64,000 nt of DNA, taken from assembly GCF_009914755.1 (NCBI RefSeq), contig NC_060947.1. One strand, written 5' to 3'. Origin of the DNA: the human T2T-CHM13v2.0 reference genome, Homo sapiens. This document shows positions 10,601 to 25,000 of the stretch, piece after piece. Within the stretch, counting starts at the first letter, position 1. Every line of letters begins with the position of its first letter. Both the position numbers and the translations under genes were made by a program. Below the pieces are notes generated by a model. The model made no database searches. It had not been told where the DNA came from and saw only the letters and a program-made list of their open reading frames with translations.

Positions 10601-11452
10601 TTTCTTTCAAATAACCAACACCTGGTTTCATTGATCTTTTGTATGGTTTTTTGCAACTTAAATTCATTCAGTTAAGTTCTGATTTTTGTTACTTCTTGTT
10701 TTCTGCTAGCTTTGGGGTTGGCTTGCTCTTGTTTTTCTAGTTCCTCTAGGTATGATGTTAGATTATTAATTTGAGATCTTTCTAAGTTTTTGACATGGGC
10801 ATTTTGCACTAAAAACTTTCCTCTTAACACTGCTTTAGCAGTGTCCCAGAGATTCTGGTATGTGGTAGCTTTGTTTTCATTAATCTCAAAGAATTTCTTG
10901 ATTTCTGCCTTAATTTCATTGTTTACCCAAAAGTCACTCAGGAGCAGTTTGTTTAATATCCTTGTTATTGTATGGTTTTAAATGATCTTCTTAGTATTGA
11001 TTTCTGTTTTTATTGTATTGTGGTCTGAGAGGGTGGTTGGTAATTTTTCGGTTTGTTTTTATTTTGCTGAAAATTGATTTATGGCCAATTGTGTGCTCAG
11101 TTTTACAGTATGTTTCATGTGCAGATGAGAAGAATGTAGATACTGTTGTTTTGGGGTGTAGAGTCCTGTAGAATAGTCTGTTCAGTCTATGTGGTCAAGC
11201 ATACTGTTCAGATCCCGGATAACTTTGTTAGTTTTCTGCCTGATGATCTGTCTAATACTGTCAGTGGGGTGTTGAAGTCTCCCACCATTATTTTGTGGTT
11301 ATCTAAGACCCTCTGTCAGTCTCTAAGAACTTGTTTTATGAATCTGAATGATCCTGTTGTTAGGTGCCAGTGCTCCTATTGTTGGGTGCATATATATTTA
11401 GGATTGCTAAGCCTTCTTGTTGAATTGAACCCTTTACCCTTATGTAATGCCC
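7622..11452 (-). mobile_element. 5'-truncated L1 (L1PA15/16-like), ~3.8 kb
   Basis: L1 3'UTR at 7622-7900; broken ORF2 fragments (8582..8959, 9119..9547, 10001..10228); truncated in the endonuclease region. Confidence 0.88.
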
Positions 11453-11459
11453 TCTTTGA

Positions 11460-12440
11460 GGAAATTACAACTTTCTTCATCTTTTTGGTTTTGGCAAAGA
11501 TTTTCAAAATGAGACACCCAAACCACAAACTATAAAAGAAGAAAAATTAATACATTTGATTCCACCACAATTAAAGTTTTTGGCCTTTAAAAGGCATTCT
11601 TTTGAAATTGAAAGAGAAATCCACACTCTGTGATAAAATATTTAGAATTCATATATCTATATCCAACACAGGACACTTCTAGACTATAAAGAAGTCTTAT
11701 AACTCAATTATAAGAAGGCAAATACTCAACTATAAATATGGAGAAAAGACTTCAACAGACTACCTCACCAAAGAAGATACACAGATGGCTAACAACCACA
11801 CAAAAAGATACCATCATTTATCATTCAGGAAATGCAGATTAAAATCAAATTTAAATACTGTCGTAGATACATGAGCATGATTGAAATTAAAATAACTGAT
11901 TATACCCAGTGCTAGCAATGATGTGGAACTTCTGAATGATGGAAACACTTCGGAAATTGGTTTGGTAGTCGCTTACCCAGTTAAATATTCACCTCCCATA
12001 AACCAGCCATTCCACTCCAAGACATACACAGGAGAAAAGAAAATATATTTTCATATGATTACTTGTTTATGAATATTCATAGCAAATTTATTTGTAATAG
12101 CCAAAAGCCTGAAGACAACCCAAGTGTCCATCAACAGGGAGATGAATTATGAAATTGTGCTATGTCCATACAACGGAATACTACAGCGCATTAAAAAGAA
12201 ATGAATTGTTGATACTTATGACAACATAAACGCATCTGAAAATATGCTCTCTGAAAGAAGCTAAACCAAAAAAAAAGGGTGCAGGGAGTAAGATTACGTT
12301 TATTAAAATTCTGGAATTTCAAAGGAGCCCGAGGATATATTTTTGTTTGTAATACAGGTGTTCATTATCATTACTATAATGATTGTTTCACAGGTGTGAT
12401 ACCAAAACTTATTAGATCATATATGTTAAATATGCTCAGT
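11460..12440 (+). mobile_element. Ancient L1M (L1ME-like) 3' fragment
   Basis: Degenerate ORF2 C-terminus/3'UTR motifs (CCAAAGAAGATACACAGATGGC, CAACCCAAGTGTCCATCAACAG). Confidence 0.65.
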
Positions 12441-12478
12441 CTAACATATGTCGATTATAATTAATAAAGATGTAAAGA

Positions 12479-12776
12479 AGCCGGGCGTGGTGGCTCACGC
12501 CTGTTATCCCAGCACTTTGTGGGGGCGAGGCAGGAAGATCACTTGAGGCCAGGAGTTGAAGATCAACCTCACCAACATAGTGAGCCCCAGTCACTATAAA
12601 AAATTTAAAAATTAGCCAGGTGTGATGGGGCATGCCTCCAGTCCCAGCCACTTGGGAGACTGAGGCAGGAGTATCACTTGAGCCAAGGAGTTCCGGGCTG
12701 CAGTAAGCTAAGAAGATGCCACTGCACTGCAGCTTGGGTGACAGAGTGAGACCCTATCTCGAAAAAAATAAAAAAT
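12479..12776 (+). mobile_element. AluJ
   Basis: Dimeric Alu with A-rich linker and tail; AluJ-type GAGGCCAGGAGTT and GCTGCAGT. Confidence 0.9.
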
Positions 12777-13099
12777 AGACACAGTATGGGATATCCCTAT
12801 CTATCTATATATCATATTATATAATATGCATAATGATATATCTAAAAATAATCTTACGTAAAACAAGAACACATGTCACACTTTACGTGTTTTTATCACA
12901 TAAGAAAAATGATAAATAATAAACATATTAGAATGGTACATTTAGATGAGCAGTGCACAGTGGGAGTAGAGAGTGCAAACAAAAAGGATCAAATAAATGA
13001 ATGGCAACAAGAACGGGGCCTTGCCTAAAAGAATGGCAAGAACAGTGATATGAGTTGGAAATGATTTTCTCAACACTCTGACCCTAACGTATCCCCACC

Positions 13100-13595
13100 C
13101 TCCCCTTGCCTGAATTATTCTGACCTTCTCTTAGTCCCCTGTTGAAGCCATGCTTGTTGGTCTTAGCGACTGACTTTACAGTTTTGCTCCCAATACGCCT
13201 GAACTGGTAACCCTCTTTGCTGTTCACCTGTCTACCTCATGCTTATTTCCAAGTCCTCAGCTTAAATGTCACTTCTTCATGATAGCATTTTCTGGCCACA
13301 AAACACTTCACCCTCAATTTAAATTATTTTTTCTCTTTTACTTTCTCTTAGTGCTCTGGAAACTTCCTCTATACCATTTATCCCAGTATATGTCATAATG
13401 ATACACAGTTTTAGAGGGATTCTTTTTGAAACATCTCTCTCCCCATTGCAGTAAAAGCCCCAGGGTGAAAGTTATCATTGTCTGCTTTCTTCTCCACTGT
13501 ATATCCTAAGGGCCTGCCTAGTCCAGTGACTGTTATATATTAGAATCTCAAATATGTTTGTTGGAGGCATGAATGAGTGAATGAATGAATGAGTT
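13100..13595 (+). mobile_element. L2 3' fragment
   Basis: CTCAGCTTAAATGTCAC motif; ends in a (GAAT)n-type L2 tail. Confidence 0.6.
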
Positions 13596-13854
13596 GAAAA
13601 ACCAAATGGAAAAGATGGATGGCTTGACAGAGAGACTGGTGAATATATGTAAGTACTGATGATCTTTCCACATGTTGGCTTCCCTGGTAGTGGGGAAACA
13701 GCCAGAGATGTGTGTGGGAGAGCAAAGTGATGAAAGAGTCCCAAACCTGGAATATAGAAGGAGAAAGCATGAATAGGAGAAGGATGGAATGAAAAGCCAG
13801 TTGGAGGACTGAAATGATGCAGGAAGGAGGGGGAGAGAGAGAGAAAGAAAGGGA

Positions 13855-13894
13855 GATAGATAGATAGATGATAGATAGATAGATAGATAGATAG
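13855..13894 (+). repeat. (GATA)3 GAT (GATA)6 microsatellite
   Basis: Read directly. Confidence 0.95.
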
Positions 13895-15469
13895 CAGCAA
13901 ACAGAGAGGGCAGAGGCAGGGGAGATGAGGGAGCAATGGAGGAGAGAGACAGGAGGTTGTACTACAAGGTGACAAGCAGAAAGCCAGGAGCAGGAAGAAA
14001 GCACAGGAACATGTCTTCCTGATGCCTGTGCAGTGATCAAAATATGAAACACCACAAGTTCCCCTTTTCTTTTCCTTACCACAAGCTCTTAACTTTAGCT
14101 ATGAGAAATTAAAGCTGTTTGTAAAACCTAAAGGTACCACTTTAGGCATTGCTTTTGGTGAAAAGCTAGTTGCTGACATCTCAGCAGTAATAAAGCTGCA
14201 GGGAAAGGGACAAGGACAAGAAGGCACTCCTCTTTCAGAAGCAAGCTGCATTCATGTGTCTGTGTGGGAAACACATATTGCAAGGGTAGTAGACTGATAT
14301 AGGGTTTCTCCTTTAATTTTTGTTAAGGAGAAAAATAATGAAATATCAACTCTTTTGTATAATATGCCATGGAGAATTCCCCACTATGGGGCGCAGGGGA
14401 TGAACCTGAATCATTTTCTCAGGGACAAAACAAGGAATTCAGAATGGAATTTGCCCCGCTGCTGGCATTGGAAATTCATTATATCAAACTTCTAAAATGA
14501 AATAGAGAATTTAATTTCAGAAGCCATAAAAATATTGTAACCATCATCATTAGATACCAAGAATGTTTTTGCAGGTATTGTAAGAGTAAGGAGACTCAGA
14601 GAAAACAGTCATTTTCTTTAAATGTTGATTTTTCCAAAGCTCCACGGTGTTTTAATTCACCATAAGCGTGAATTGTTACTTGACCCTGATAGAGTATTAT
14701 GCGCAATATCTTGCATAGTTTAATGAGCTCTAATGGAGAAATGCTTCCCATACTGAAATCTCTGTAATACTGTGATTTTAGCTTTCACATAAGCTCTTCC
14801 TTTCCTCTCTCCTGAAATATGGGTTAGGTTACATTTTACAATGATTCAAGTCTGACTACCTTTTAATGGTGCCTGTGGCATGGGTATGGCTTTACAATGG
14901 TATTTATTTGGGAAGGACAGAGGAAAAAACCATTATGACAACTTGTAAGAGTCCAGCATTGGTTATCCATTGGTAACTAGCAGCCTTAGAACAGTTAATA
15001 CAGACTTAACCAAGTGGCTGATCAACCAGCATACTTGTAAGGCTCGTTGTTAAGAAAAAAATTTATAATCAAATAATCCCTTTTTATCTTAAGATCCTTT
15101 TGTGGAGAGTGTGGGTGGTGACTGGTGAGAAGCCAAAAAGTATTGTGCCAAATATTTTCAAAATATTACTTAGTAATAGCTATAATAGATTTCTCAAGAG
15201 ACCAGTAGTGATATATATTGTCTATTTCAAGGCAATTATAAAATGTGAGATCCATTTTTAAAATTGCATGCAAAGAAAGACGATTATTTAGATATAGGGG
15301 AGTACTTACTGAAGAGGACCTAAATGATCAGTTCTAACTGAGAAATAGCAGAAGCCAGTGACTTGGCCATGGGATGTGTTTTCAACTTGCACCATCTAAA
15401 TGTCAAATTCAAAGTTCTTAGAGATCAAATGAGGCCTAAATAAGGATCACTTGCTTTCTATGAGACTAG

Positions 15470-17785
15470 TGTAAGGTCTCACAGAAACATCCACAAGAAA
15501 CAACAGCAGACAGGGAACTATGACCTCCCCAAATGGACAAACCGAGAAACAACTGACTGACCCTAATGAGATGATCATATGTGAGCCCTCTGACCAATAA
15601 TTCAAAATAGTAGTTTTAAGGAAATGCGGTCATCTCCAAGATAACACAGAAAATCAATTGTGGAATTTATGAGAGAAATAAATTTATGTATGTATGTATG
15701 TATTTATTTATTTTTAGTTTTTGTAGAGACGGGGTCTCTCTATATTGCCCAGGCTAGTCTCAAACTCCTGGCCTCAAGTGATCTGCCTGCTTCAGCCTCC
15801 CCAAATGCTGGTATTACAGGCATGAGCCACCATGCCCAGCCTATGAGAGAAATTTAACACAGAGATTGAAATAATAAAACAAATCAAACAGAAATCTTGG
15901 AACAGAAATATTTATTTTCTAATGAACTGAAAAATTCATTAGAGGCCCTCATCTGCAGACTGGATCAAACAAAAAAGAATCAGTGGGCTCAAAGATAGGC
16001 TACTTGAAAACACATAGTCAAAGGAGAAAAAAGAATGATAGGGAATGAAGATCATCTGCGAGATACAGAAAATTACCTCAAAATAACAAATCTAAGAATT
16101 ATTGGTGTTCAAGAGGAATTTGAGCAAGATCAAGGGGTAGAAAGTTTATTCAAAGAAATGCTGACAGAAAACTTTCCAAAACTTGAGAAAGAAAGAAATA
16201 TATCAGGTACAGGAAGGTTAGATAACACCAAACAGATAAAACTCAAATAAAACTACCCAAGGGCATATAATAATCAAGCTATCAAAGGTCAAGAGCAAAG
16301 AGAGAATCTTAAAAGCAGCAAAGAAAAGAAGCAAGTAACATATAAAGGAGTTCCAATTCATCTGGCAACAAACTTCTCAATGGAAACCATACAGATTGGG
16401 AGTGGGAGAGAGTTTTATTACATTTTCAAAATGCTGAAAAAAATACTGTCATTTAATAATACTGTATCCAGCCAAGCTACTCATCAAAAATGAAGAACAG
16501 ATAAATACTTTCCCAGGCAAACAGAAGCTGAGAGAATTTTCCACCATCAAATCCATCTTACGAGAAATTCTAAAGGGAGTTATTCAATCTGAAAAAAAAA
16601 AGCCACTAAATATTCAACAATAAACCATTTGAAAGTATAAAACCCACTGGTAAAATTAAGTACACAGACAAACCCAGAATACTCTAATACTGTAATTGTG
16701 GTGAGCAGTCTACTCATATCTCTAGTATGAAGCCCAAAAGCCAAATCTATCAAAACAATAATAGCTACAACAACCTGTTAAGAGATATGCAATAAGAAAA
16801 TATGTAACTTGAGACAACAAAAAGTCAAAATATAGAGGGATGGAGTTAAAGTGTACAGGGTTGTTTTTATTTGTTTCTATTATTTTTGTCATCTCATTAA
16901 AATAACTTGTTATATCTATAAGATATTTTTTGCAAGCCTCATGGTAACCACAATGCAAAAAACTATAATAGATACACAAAAAGTAAAAAAGCAATGAATT
17001 AAAATATAGTGCCAGAGAAAATCATTTAACCACAAAGGAAGTCAGTAAGAAAGGAAGAAAGAAGCAGAAAAATTGTGAAACAACCAGAAAACAAGCAACA
17101 AAATGGCAGTAGTAAGTCCTTACCAATAATAGCACTGAATGCAAATGAACCAAATTCTCGAATTAAAAACATAAAACTCTATTTTCCAGAATGGATAAAA
17201 ACAAAACCCAACTGTATGTTGCCTACAAGAAACCCATCTCACATATAAAGACAAACACAGACTAAAAGTGAAGGAACAGAAAAAGATATTCTGCCCAAGT
17301 GGAAACTAAAAAAGAGCAGGCTCAACTATACTTACATTAGATAAAATACACTACAAATCAAAGGCTATAAAAAGATACAAAGAAGGTCACTATAAAATGA
17401 TAAAGGAATCAATTCAGCAAGTAGCTATAACCATTATAAATATCTACACAGGCAACACCAGAGCTTCCAAGTATATAAATCAAACATTAGCAGGTCTGAA
17501 TGGAGAGATAGACTGAAATGCAATAGTAATAGAGGACTTCAACACCCCACTTTCAGTAATGGACAGATCATCTAGACAGAAAATTGACAAAGAAACATTT
17601 CAGCTTAACTACACTCTAGATCAAATGGACCTAACTAATGTTACAGAGTATTTCATCCAAATGCTGCATAATACACATTCTTTTCATCAGCACATGGAAC
17701 ATTCTCCAGAATAAACCATACCTTGGGCCACAAAATAATTCTCATCAAATTAAAAAAAAAGTGGGAATCATATCAAGGATCTTTT
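15470..17785 (+). mobile_element. Old L1M (ORF1 and start of ORF2), degraded
   Basis: ORF1-like NLRIIGVQEE..ENFPKL (16035..16250) followed by endonuclease-like sequence. Confidence 0.75.
15680..15841 (-). mobile_element. Alu left monomer (FLAM-like) with 12-bp TSD
   Basis: Monomer with tail decayed to (TATG)/(TTTA); TATGAGAGAAAT repeated at 15668-15679 and 15842-15853. Confidence 0.85.
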
Positions 17786-19075
17786 CTTTCTTTTATGATT
17801 TTAACTTTTATTTTAGATTCAGGGGGTACACGTGCAGGTTTGTTACATGGGTATATTGTGTGATGCTGAAGTTTGGGATATGAATGATCCTATCACCCAG
17901 GTAGTGAGCATAGGACCCAAAAGTTAGTTTCTCATTCCTCCCCAGTCCCTCACTCCATCTTCTAGTAGTCCCCAGTGTTAATTATTGCCATCTTTATGTC
18001 CACAAGTACCCAATGATTAGCTCCCACTTATAAGTGAGAACATGCAGTATTTGGTTTTCTGCAGTTATGTTAATCCATAGGATAGTGGCCTCCAGCTGCA
18101 TCCACGTTGCTGCAAAGGAAATGATTTAGTTATTTTTTATGGCAATGTGATATTCCATAGTGTATCATGTACCACATTTTCTTTATCCAATCTACCATTG
18201 ATGGGCACCTAGGTTGATTCCATGTCTTTGCTATTTGAATAGTGTTGTGATGCCCATACAAGTGCATGTGTCTTTTTGGTAGAATAGTTTACTTTCTTTT
18301 GGATATATATTCAGTAATGGAATTGCTGGGTTGAATGGTAGTTCTGTTTTAAGTTATTTGAGAAATCTCCAAACTGCTTTCCATAGTTGCTGGACTAATT
18401 TACATTCCCACCAACAGTGTATAAGCATTTCCTTTTCTTTGCAGCCTCACCAGAATCTGTTGTTTTTTGACGTTTTGTTAATAGCCATTCTGCCTGGCAT
18501 GAGATGGTATCTCATTGTGGTTTCGCTTCGCATTTCTCTGATGAGTAATGATGTGGAGCATTTTTTTCGTATGTTTGTTGGCCACATGTCTTCTTTTGAG
18601 AAGTGTCTGTTCATGTCTTTTGACCACTTTTTAATGGGGTTATTTATTTTTTGCTTGTGAAATTGTTTATATTCCATATAAATTCTGGATATTAGACTTT
18701 TTCCAGGTACATAGTTTGCAAATATTTTCTCCCATTCTGTAGGTTGTCTTTTCACTCTGTTGATAGTTTCTTTTGCTGTGCAGAAGCTCTTTAGGTTACT
18801 TAGGTTCTACTTGTCAATTTTTCTTTTTGGCAATTGCTTTTGAGGACTTAGTCATAAATTCTTTCACAAGGTCAATGTCTAGAATGGTGTTCCCTGGGTT
18901 TGCTCCTATGATTCTTTTAGTTTTAGGTCTTATGTTTAAGTATTTAATCCATTTTGAGTTGATTTCTCTATATGGTGAAAGGTAAGGGTCCAGTTTCATT
19001 CTTCTGCATATGGCTAGCTAGTTATCCCAGCATCATTTATTGAATAGGCAGTCCTTTTTCCATTGCTTATTTTGT
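17786..19075 (-). mobile_element. 5'-truncated L1 (L1PA16-like)
   Basis: 3'UTR with GGTATATTGTGTGATGCTGAAGTTTGG; ORF2 C-terminal fragments 18447..18755 and 18814..18999. Confidence 0.8.
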
Positions 19076-22000
19076 AGTTATTTTTTCCCGATCCTCTCCC
19101 TCCTCCCACCCTCTGCCCTCCAGTAGGCCCCAGTGTGTGTTGTTCCTTTGTATGTGTCCATATGTTCTTATCATTTAGCTCACACTTATAAGTGAGAACA
19201 TGAGGTATTTGGTTTTCTGTTCCTGTGTTAGTTTGCTAAGGATAATGGCCTCCAGCTCCATCCATGTTGCTGCCAAGAACATGATCTCATTCTTTTATGG
19301 CTTCATAGTATTCCATGGTGTATATGTACTACATTTTCTTTATCCAGCCTATCATTGATGGACATTTAGGTTGATTCCATGTCTTTGCTATTGTGAATAG
19401 TGCTGCAATTAACATTTGCATACATGTGTCTTTATAATAGAATGATTTATATTCCTTTGAGTATATACCCAGTAATGGGATTGCTGAGTCAAATGGTATT
19501 TCTTTCTCTAGATCTTTGAGGAATCACCACACCGTCTTCTACAATGGATGAACTAATTTACACTCCCACCAACAGTTTAAAAGCATTCCTTTTTCTCCAC
19601 AACCTCGCCAGCATGTTATTTTTTGACTTTTTAATAATAGCCATTCTGACTGGTGTGAGATGGTATCTCATTGTGGTTTTGATTTGCATTTCTCTAATGA
19701 TTAGTTATGTGGAGCTTTTTAAATGTGATTGTTGGCCACATGCACGTCTTCTTTTAAGAAGTGGCTGTTCATGTCCGTTGCTCACTTTTTAATGGGGTTG
19801 TTTGTTTTTTTCTTGTAAATTTAAGTTTCTTATAGATAATGGGTATTAGACCTTTGTAAGATGCATAGTTTACAAAAATTTTCTCCCATTCTGTAGGTTG
19901 TCTGTTTACTCTGTTCACAATTTCTTTTGCAGTGCAGAAGCTCTTTAGTTTAATTAGATCTCGTTTGTCAATTTTTGTATTTATTGCAATTTCTTTTGGT
20001 TGTCTTTATCATGAAATCTTTGCTTGTGCCTGTGTCCTGAATGAGATTGCCTAGGTTTTCTTCTATTTTTTATAGTTTTGGGTTTTACATTTAAGTATTT
20101 AATCCAACTTGAGTTGATTTTTGTATATGGTATAAGGAAGGGGTCCAGTGTCAGTTTTCCACATATGGCTAGCCTGTTCTCCCAGCATCATTTATTAAAT
20201 ATGGAATTCTCTCCCCATTGCTTTTTTTTGGTCAGGTTTGTTGAAAATAAGGTGTAGGTGTGTGGTCTCCTTTCCGGGTTCCCTATTCTGTTCCATTGGT
20301 CTATGTGTCTGTTCTTGTACCAGTACCATGCTGGTTTGGTTACTACTGCCTTGTAGTATAGTTTGAAGTCGGGTAGCGTGTTATCTCCAGCTTTGTTCTT
20401 TTTGCTTAAGATTGCCTTGGCTCTTCAGACTCTTTTTTGGTTCCATATGAATTTTAAAATAGTTTTTTCTAGTTCTGTGAAGAATATCAATAGTAGTTTA
20501 ATGGGAATAGCATTGAATCTATAAATTGCTTTGGGCAGTATGGCCATTTTCACAATATTGATTCTTTCTATCCATGCCCATGGAATGATTTCCAATTTGT
20601 TAGTGTCATCTCTGATTTCTTTGAGCAGTGGTTTGTAGTTCTACATGTAGAGGTCCTTCATTTCCCTTGTTAGCTGTATTTCTAGGTATTTTATTCTTTT
20701 TTATGGCAATTGTGAATGGGAGTTCATTTGTGATTTAGCTCTTGGCTTGCTTGTCGGTGGTGTATAGAATTGCTAGAGATTTTTGCACACTGGTTTTGTA
20801 TCCTGAGACTTTGTTGAAGTTGCTTATCAGCTTAAGAAGCTTTTGGGCTGAGATTATGGGGTTTTCTAGATATAGGATCATGTCATCTGCAAACAGGGAT
20901 AGTTTGACTTCTCTTCCTATTTGAATAGACTTTATTTCTTTCTCTTGCCTGATTGCCCTGGCCAGAACTTCTAATACTATGTTGAATAGGAGTTGTGAGA
21001 GAGGGCAACTTTGTCTTGTGCCAGTTTACAAGGGGAATGCTTCCAGCATTTGCTCATTCAGTATGATGCTGCCTGTGGGTTTGTCATAGTTGGCTCTTAT
21101 TATTTTGAGGTACGTTCCTTCAATACCTAGTTTATTGAGAGTTTTTAACATGAAAGGATGTTTAATGTTATCAAAAGTCTTTTCTGTACCTATTGAGGTA
21201 ATCATGTAGCTTTTGTCTTTAGTTCTGTTTATGTGATTATTAATTTTCATATGTTGAATCAACCTTGCATCCCAAGGATGAAGTCTACTTGATCATGGTG
21301 GATAAGCTTTTTAATGTGCTGCTGGATTCAATTTGCAAGTATTTTGTTGAGAATTTCTGCATCTATGTTTATCAAGAATATTGGCCTGAAGTTTTCTTTT
21401 TTTGTTGTGTCTCTGCCAGGTTTTAGTATCAGAATGATGCTGGCCTCATGGAATGAGTTAGAGAGGAGTCCTTCCTTTTCCATTTTTTGGAATAGTTTCA
21501 GTAGGAATGATACCAGCTCTTCCTTGTGTATCTGGTAGAGTTTAGTTGTGAATTCACCTGGTCCTGGGATTTTTTTTTTTTGGTTGGTAGACTATCCATT
21601 ACTGTCTCAATTTCAGAACTTGTTATTGGTCTGTTCAGGGATTCAATTTCTTTCTGGTTCAGTCTTGGGAGGGTGTATGTGTCCAGGAATTTATAGATTT
21701 CTTCTAGATGTTCTAGTTTATGTGCATAGACATGTTCATATTATTCTCTTATGGTTGTCTTTATTTCTGTGGTAATATCCCCCTTGCAGTTTCTGATTAT
21801 ATCTATTTAAATCTTCTCTCTTTTTTTCTTTATTAGTATAGCTAGCAGTCTATCTATTTCATTAATTTTTCAAGAAAACAGCTCCAGTATTCATTGATTT
21901 TTTGAATGGTTTATTGTGTGTCTATCTCCTTTAGTTCAGCTCTGATTTTGGTTATTTATTTTCTTCTCCTAGCTTTGGGACTTGTTTGCTGTTGGTTCTC

Positions 22001-25000
22001 TAGTACTTTTAGTTGTAATGTTAGGTTGTTACTTGAGATCTTCCTATTTTTTATGTCAGCATTTAGTGCTATAAATTTCTCTCTTAACACTGCCTTAGCT
22101 GTGTCCCAGAAATTCTGGTACATTGTATCTTTGTTCTCATTAGTTACAAAGAACTTTTTGATTTCTGCTTTAATTTCATTATTTACCCAAAAGTCATTCA
22201 GGAACAGGTTATTCAACTTCCACGTAATTGAATAGTTTTGAGTGAATTTCTTAGTCTTAATTTTAAATTTGATCCTGCTGTGGTCCAAGAGACTTTTTAT
22301 TATTATTTCAGTTCTTTTGCAGTTGCTGAGGAGTGTTTTACTTCCAATTATTGACTAATTTTCAAGTAAGTGCCATGTGGCAATTAGAAAAATGTATATT
22401 CCTTTGTGCTTGGGTGGAGAGTTCTGTAGATATCTTATCAGGTTTATTTGATCAAGAGCTGAGTTCAGGTCCTGAATATTTTTATTAATTTTCTGTCTTA
22501 GTGATCTATCTAATATTGTCAGTGTGGCATTAAACTCTCTGCCTATTATTGTGTGGGAGTCTAAGTCTCTTTGAAGGTCCCTAAGAACTTGCTTTATGAA
22601 TATAGGTGCTCCTGTGTTGGGTGCACATATATTAAGGATAGCTAGGTCTTCTTGTTGAATTGAACCCTTTACCATTATGTAATGCCCTTCTTTGTCTTTT
22701 AAAATCTTTGTTGATTTAAAGTCTGTTTTGTCAGAAACTAGAATTGCAACCCCTGCTTTTCCTGTTTTTCATTTGCTTGGTAGATTTTCCTCCACCCCTT
22801 TATTTTGAGCCTAGGGGTGTCATTGCATGTGAGATGGGTCTATTGAAGACAGCATACCAATGAGTCTTGGTTCTTTACCCAGCTTGCCACTCTGTGTCTT
22901 TTAATTGGGGAATTTAGCCTATTTACATATAAGGTTAGTATTGATATGTGTGGATTTGGTCCTTGCATCATGATGTTAGCTGGTTATTTTGCAAACTTGT
23001 TTATGTGGTTTCTTTATAATGTCACTGGTCTGTGTACTTCAGTGTGTTTTTGTCATGGCTGGTAAGGGTCTTTTCTGTCCATATTTAATGCTTCCCTCAG
23101 GGGCTCTTGTAAGGCAGATCTAGTGGTAACAAGTTCCTTTAGCATTTGCTTGTCTGAAAAGGATCCTTTTTCTCCTTCACTTATGAAGCTTTGTTTGGGT
23201 AGATATGAAATTCTGGGTTGGAATTTCTTCTCTTTAAAAATGTTGAATATTGGCCCTCAATCTCTTCTGGCCTATAGGATTTCAGCTGAGAGGTCTGCTG
23301 TTAGCCTGATGGGCTTCCCTTTGTGGGTGACCTAGCCTTTCTTTCTAGCTGTTTTTAACATTTTTTCTTTCATTTCAACCTTGGAGAATCTGATGATTAT
23401 GTGTCTTGGGGATGATCTTCTTGTGGTGTATCTTGCTGGGGTTCTGTGCATTTCCTGAATTTGAATGTTCGCCTCTCTAGCAAGGTTGGGGAAGTTCTCA
23501 TAGATGATATCGTGAAATGTGTTTTCCAAGTTGGTTCCATTCTCCCTGTCTCTTTCAGGTATGCCAGTCACAGATTCAGTTGCTTTATATAATCTTATAT
23601 TTCTTAGAGGTTTTGTTCATTTCTTTTCATTCTTTCTTCTCTATTCTTGTCTGCCTGTCTTGTTTCAGAAAGCCAGTCTTCAAGCTCTGAGACTCTTTCC
23701 TCTGCTTGGTCTATTCTGCTATTAATACTTGTGATGGGATTATGGAATTCTTGCAGTGTGTTTTACAGCTCTATCAGGTTGGTTACCTACTTCTCTATAC
23801 TGACTAGTTTATCTGTCAGCTCCTGCAATGTTTTATCATGATTTTTAGCTTCCTTCCATTGGGTTACAACATACTCTTTTAGCTCAGTGAACTTTATTTC
23901 TGTCCGTATTCTGAATTCTACTTTTGTCATTTTGGCCATCTCAGCCTCAGCCTTGGTCTGAACCCTTGATGGAGAGGTGATGTGGTCATTTGGAATAAAG
24001 AGGGCACTCTGGATTTTTGAGTTTCCAGCGTTCTTGCACTGATTCTTTCTCATCTTTGTGGGCTTCTCCATCTTCAATTCTTGAGATTGCTGAACTCTGG
24101 ACCTTTTTTTTTCTTTTAATAGTCTGGCCACTTTTCTGTAGGGCTGCTGCAGTATACTGGGGTTCCACTCACCCCTAGTCACCTCAGATTTCCAGTAACT
24201 GAAAGTATCACCAGTCTGTGAAACAACAAAGATGAAAGCCTGCCCCTTCCTCTGGGAGCTCCATCCCAGGGAAGTACAGACCTGTTGCTAGCCTGAACAC
24301 ACCTGTAGGAGGTGGCTGGAGACCCCAGATGGGAAGTCTGACCCAGTCAGAAAGAATGGGATTGGGACCTGCTTTAAAAAGTAGCCTGACAAAGTTTTCA
24401 CACAGCAATTGTGCTATGCTGGGGGTCCACTTCAGCCCCTGGTTGCCTCAGACACTGTGAAGCCCAAAGGCTGGAATGGCTAAGTTGCACAAACAGCAAA
24501 GATGGAGGCCTGCCACTCCTCCTGGGAGCTGTGTCCCAAGGAGGCCTGAAACCTCTGTCAGCTGGAGAACGCTGGTGGGGGTAGCTGGAGACCCTGGTTG
24601 GGAGGCTCTACCTGGTGATGAAGAACAGGGTTAAGGACATGCTTAAAAAAGCACTCTGGCCATGTTTTTGTGGGGCTGTTGTGCTGTGCTGGGGTACTGT
24701 GTCCACTCCTGTTCAGTTTAGGCCCTCCAAAGCCCAAAGGCTGGAACTGCTAAGTTGTCCAAACAGCAAATATGGTGGCCTACCCCTCCCTCTGGGAGTT
24801 CCATCCCATGGAGCTTTCAAATCACTTTCAGCTGTAGAACACTGGCAGTGTTGGTTGGAGGCCCTGGTTGGGAGTTTCTGCCCAGTGAGAAGGAATGGAA
24901 TCAGTGGCCACTTAAAGAAGCAGTCTGGCCATTCTTTGGTAGAGCAGTTGTGCTGTGCTGGGGGATCCCTTCTGTCCCAGTTGGTTTGGACTCTCCAAAG

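Noticed and set aside
13475-14082. 166/180-aa minus-strand ORFs
   Set aside because: Arise from the GATA/GA simple repeats (LSIYLSI...); not protein-like.
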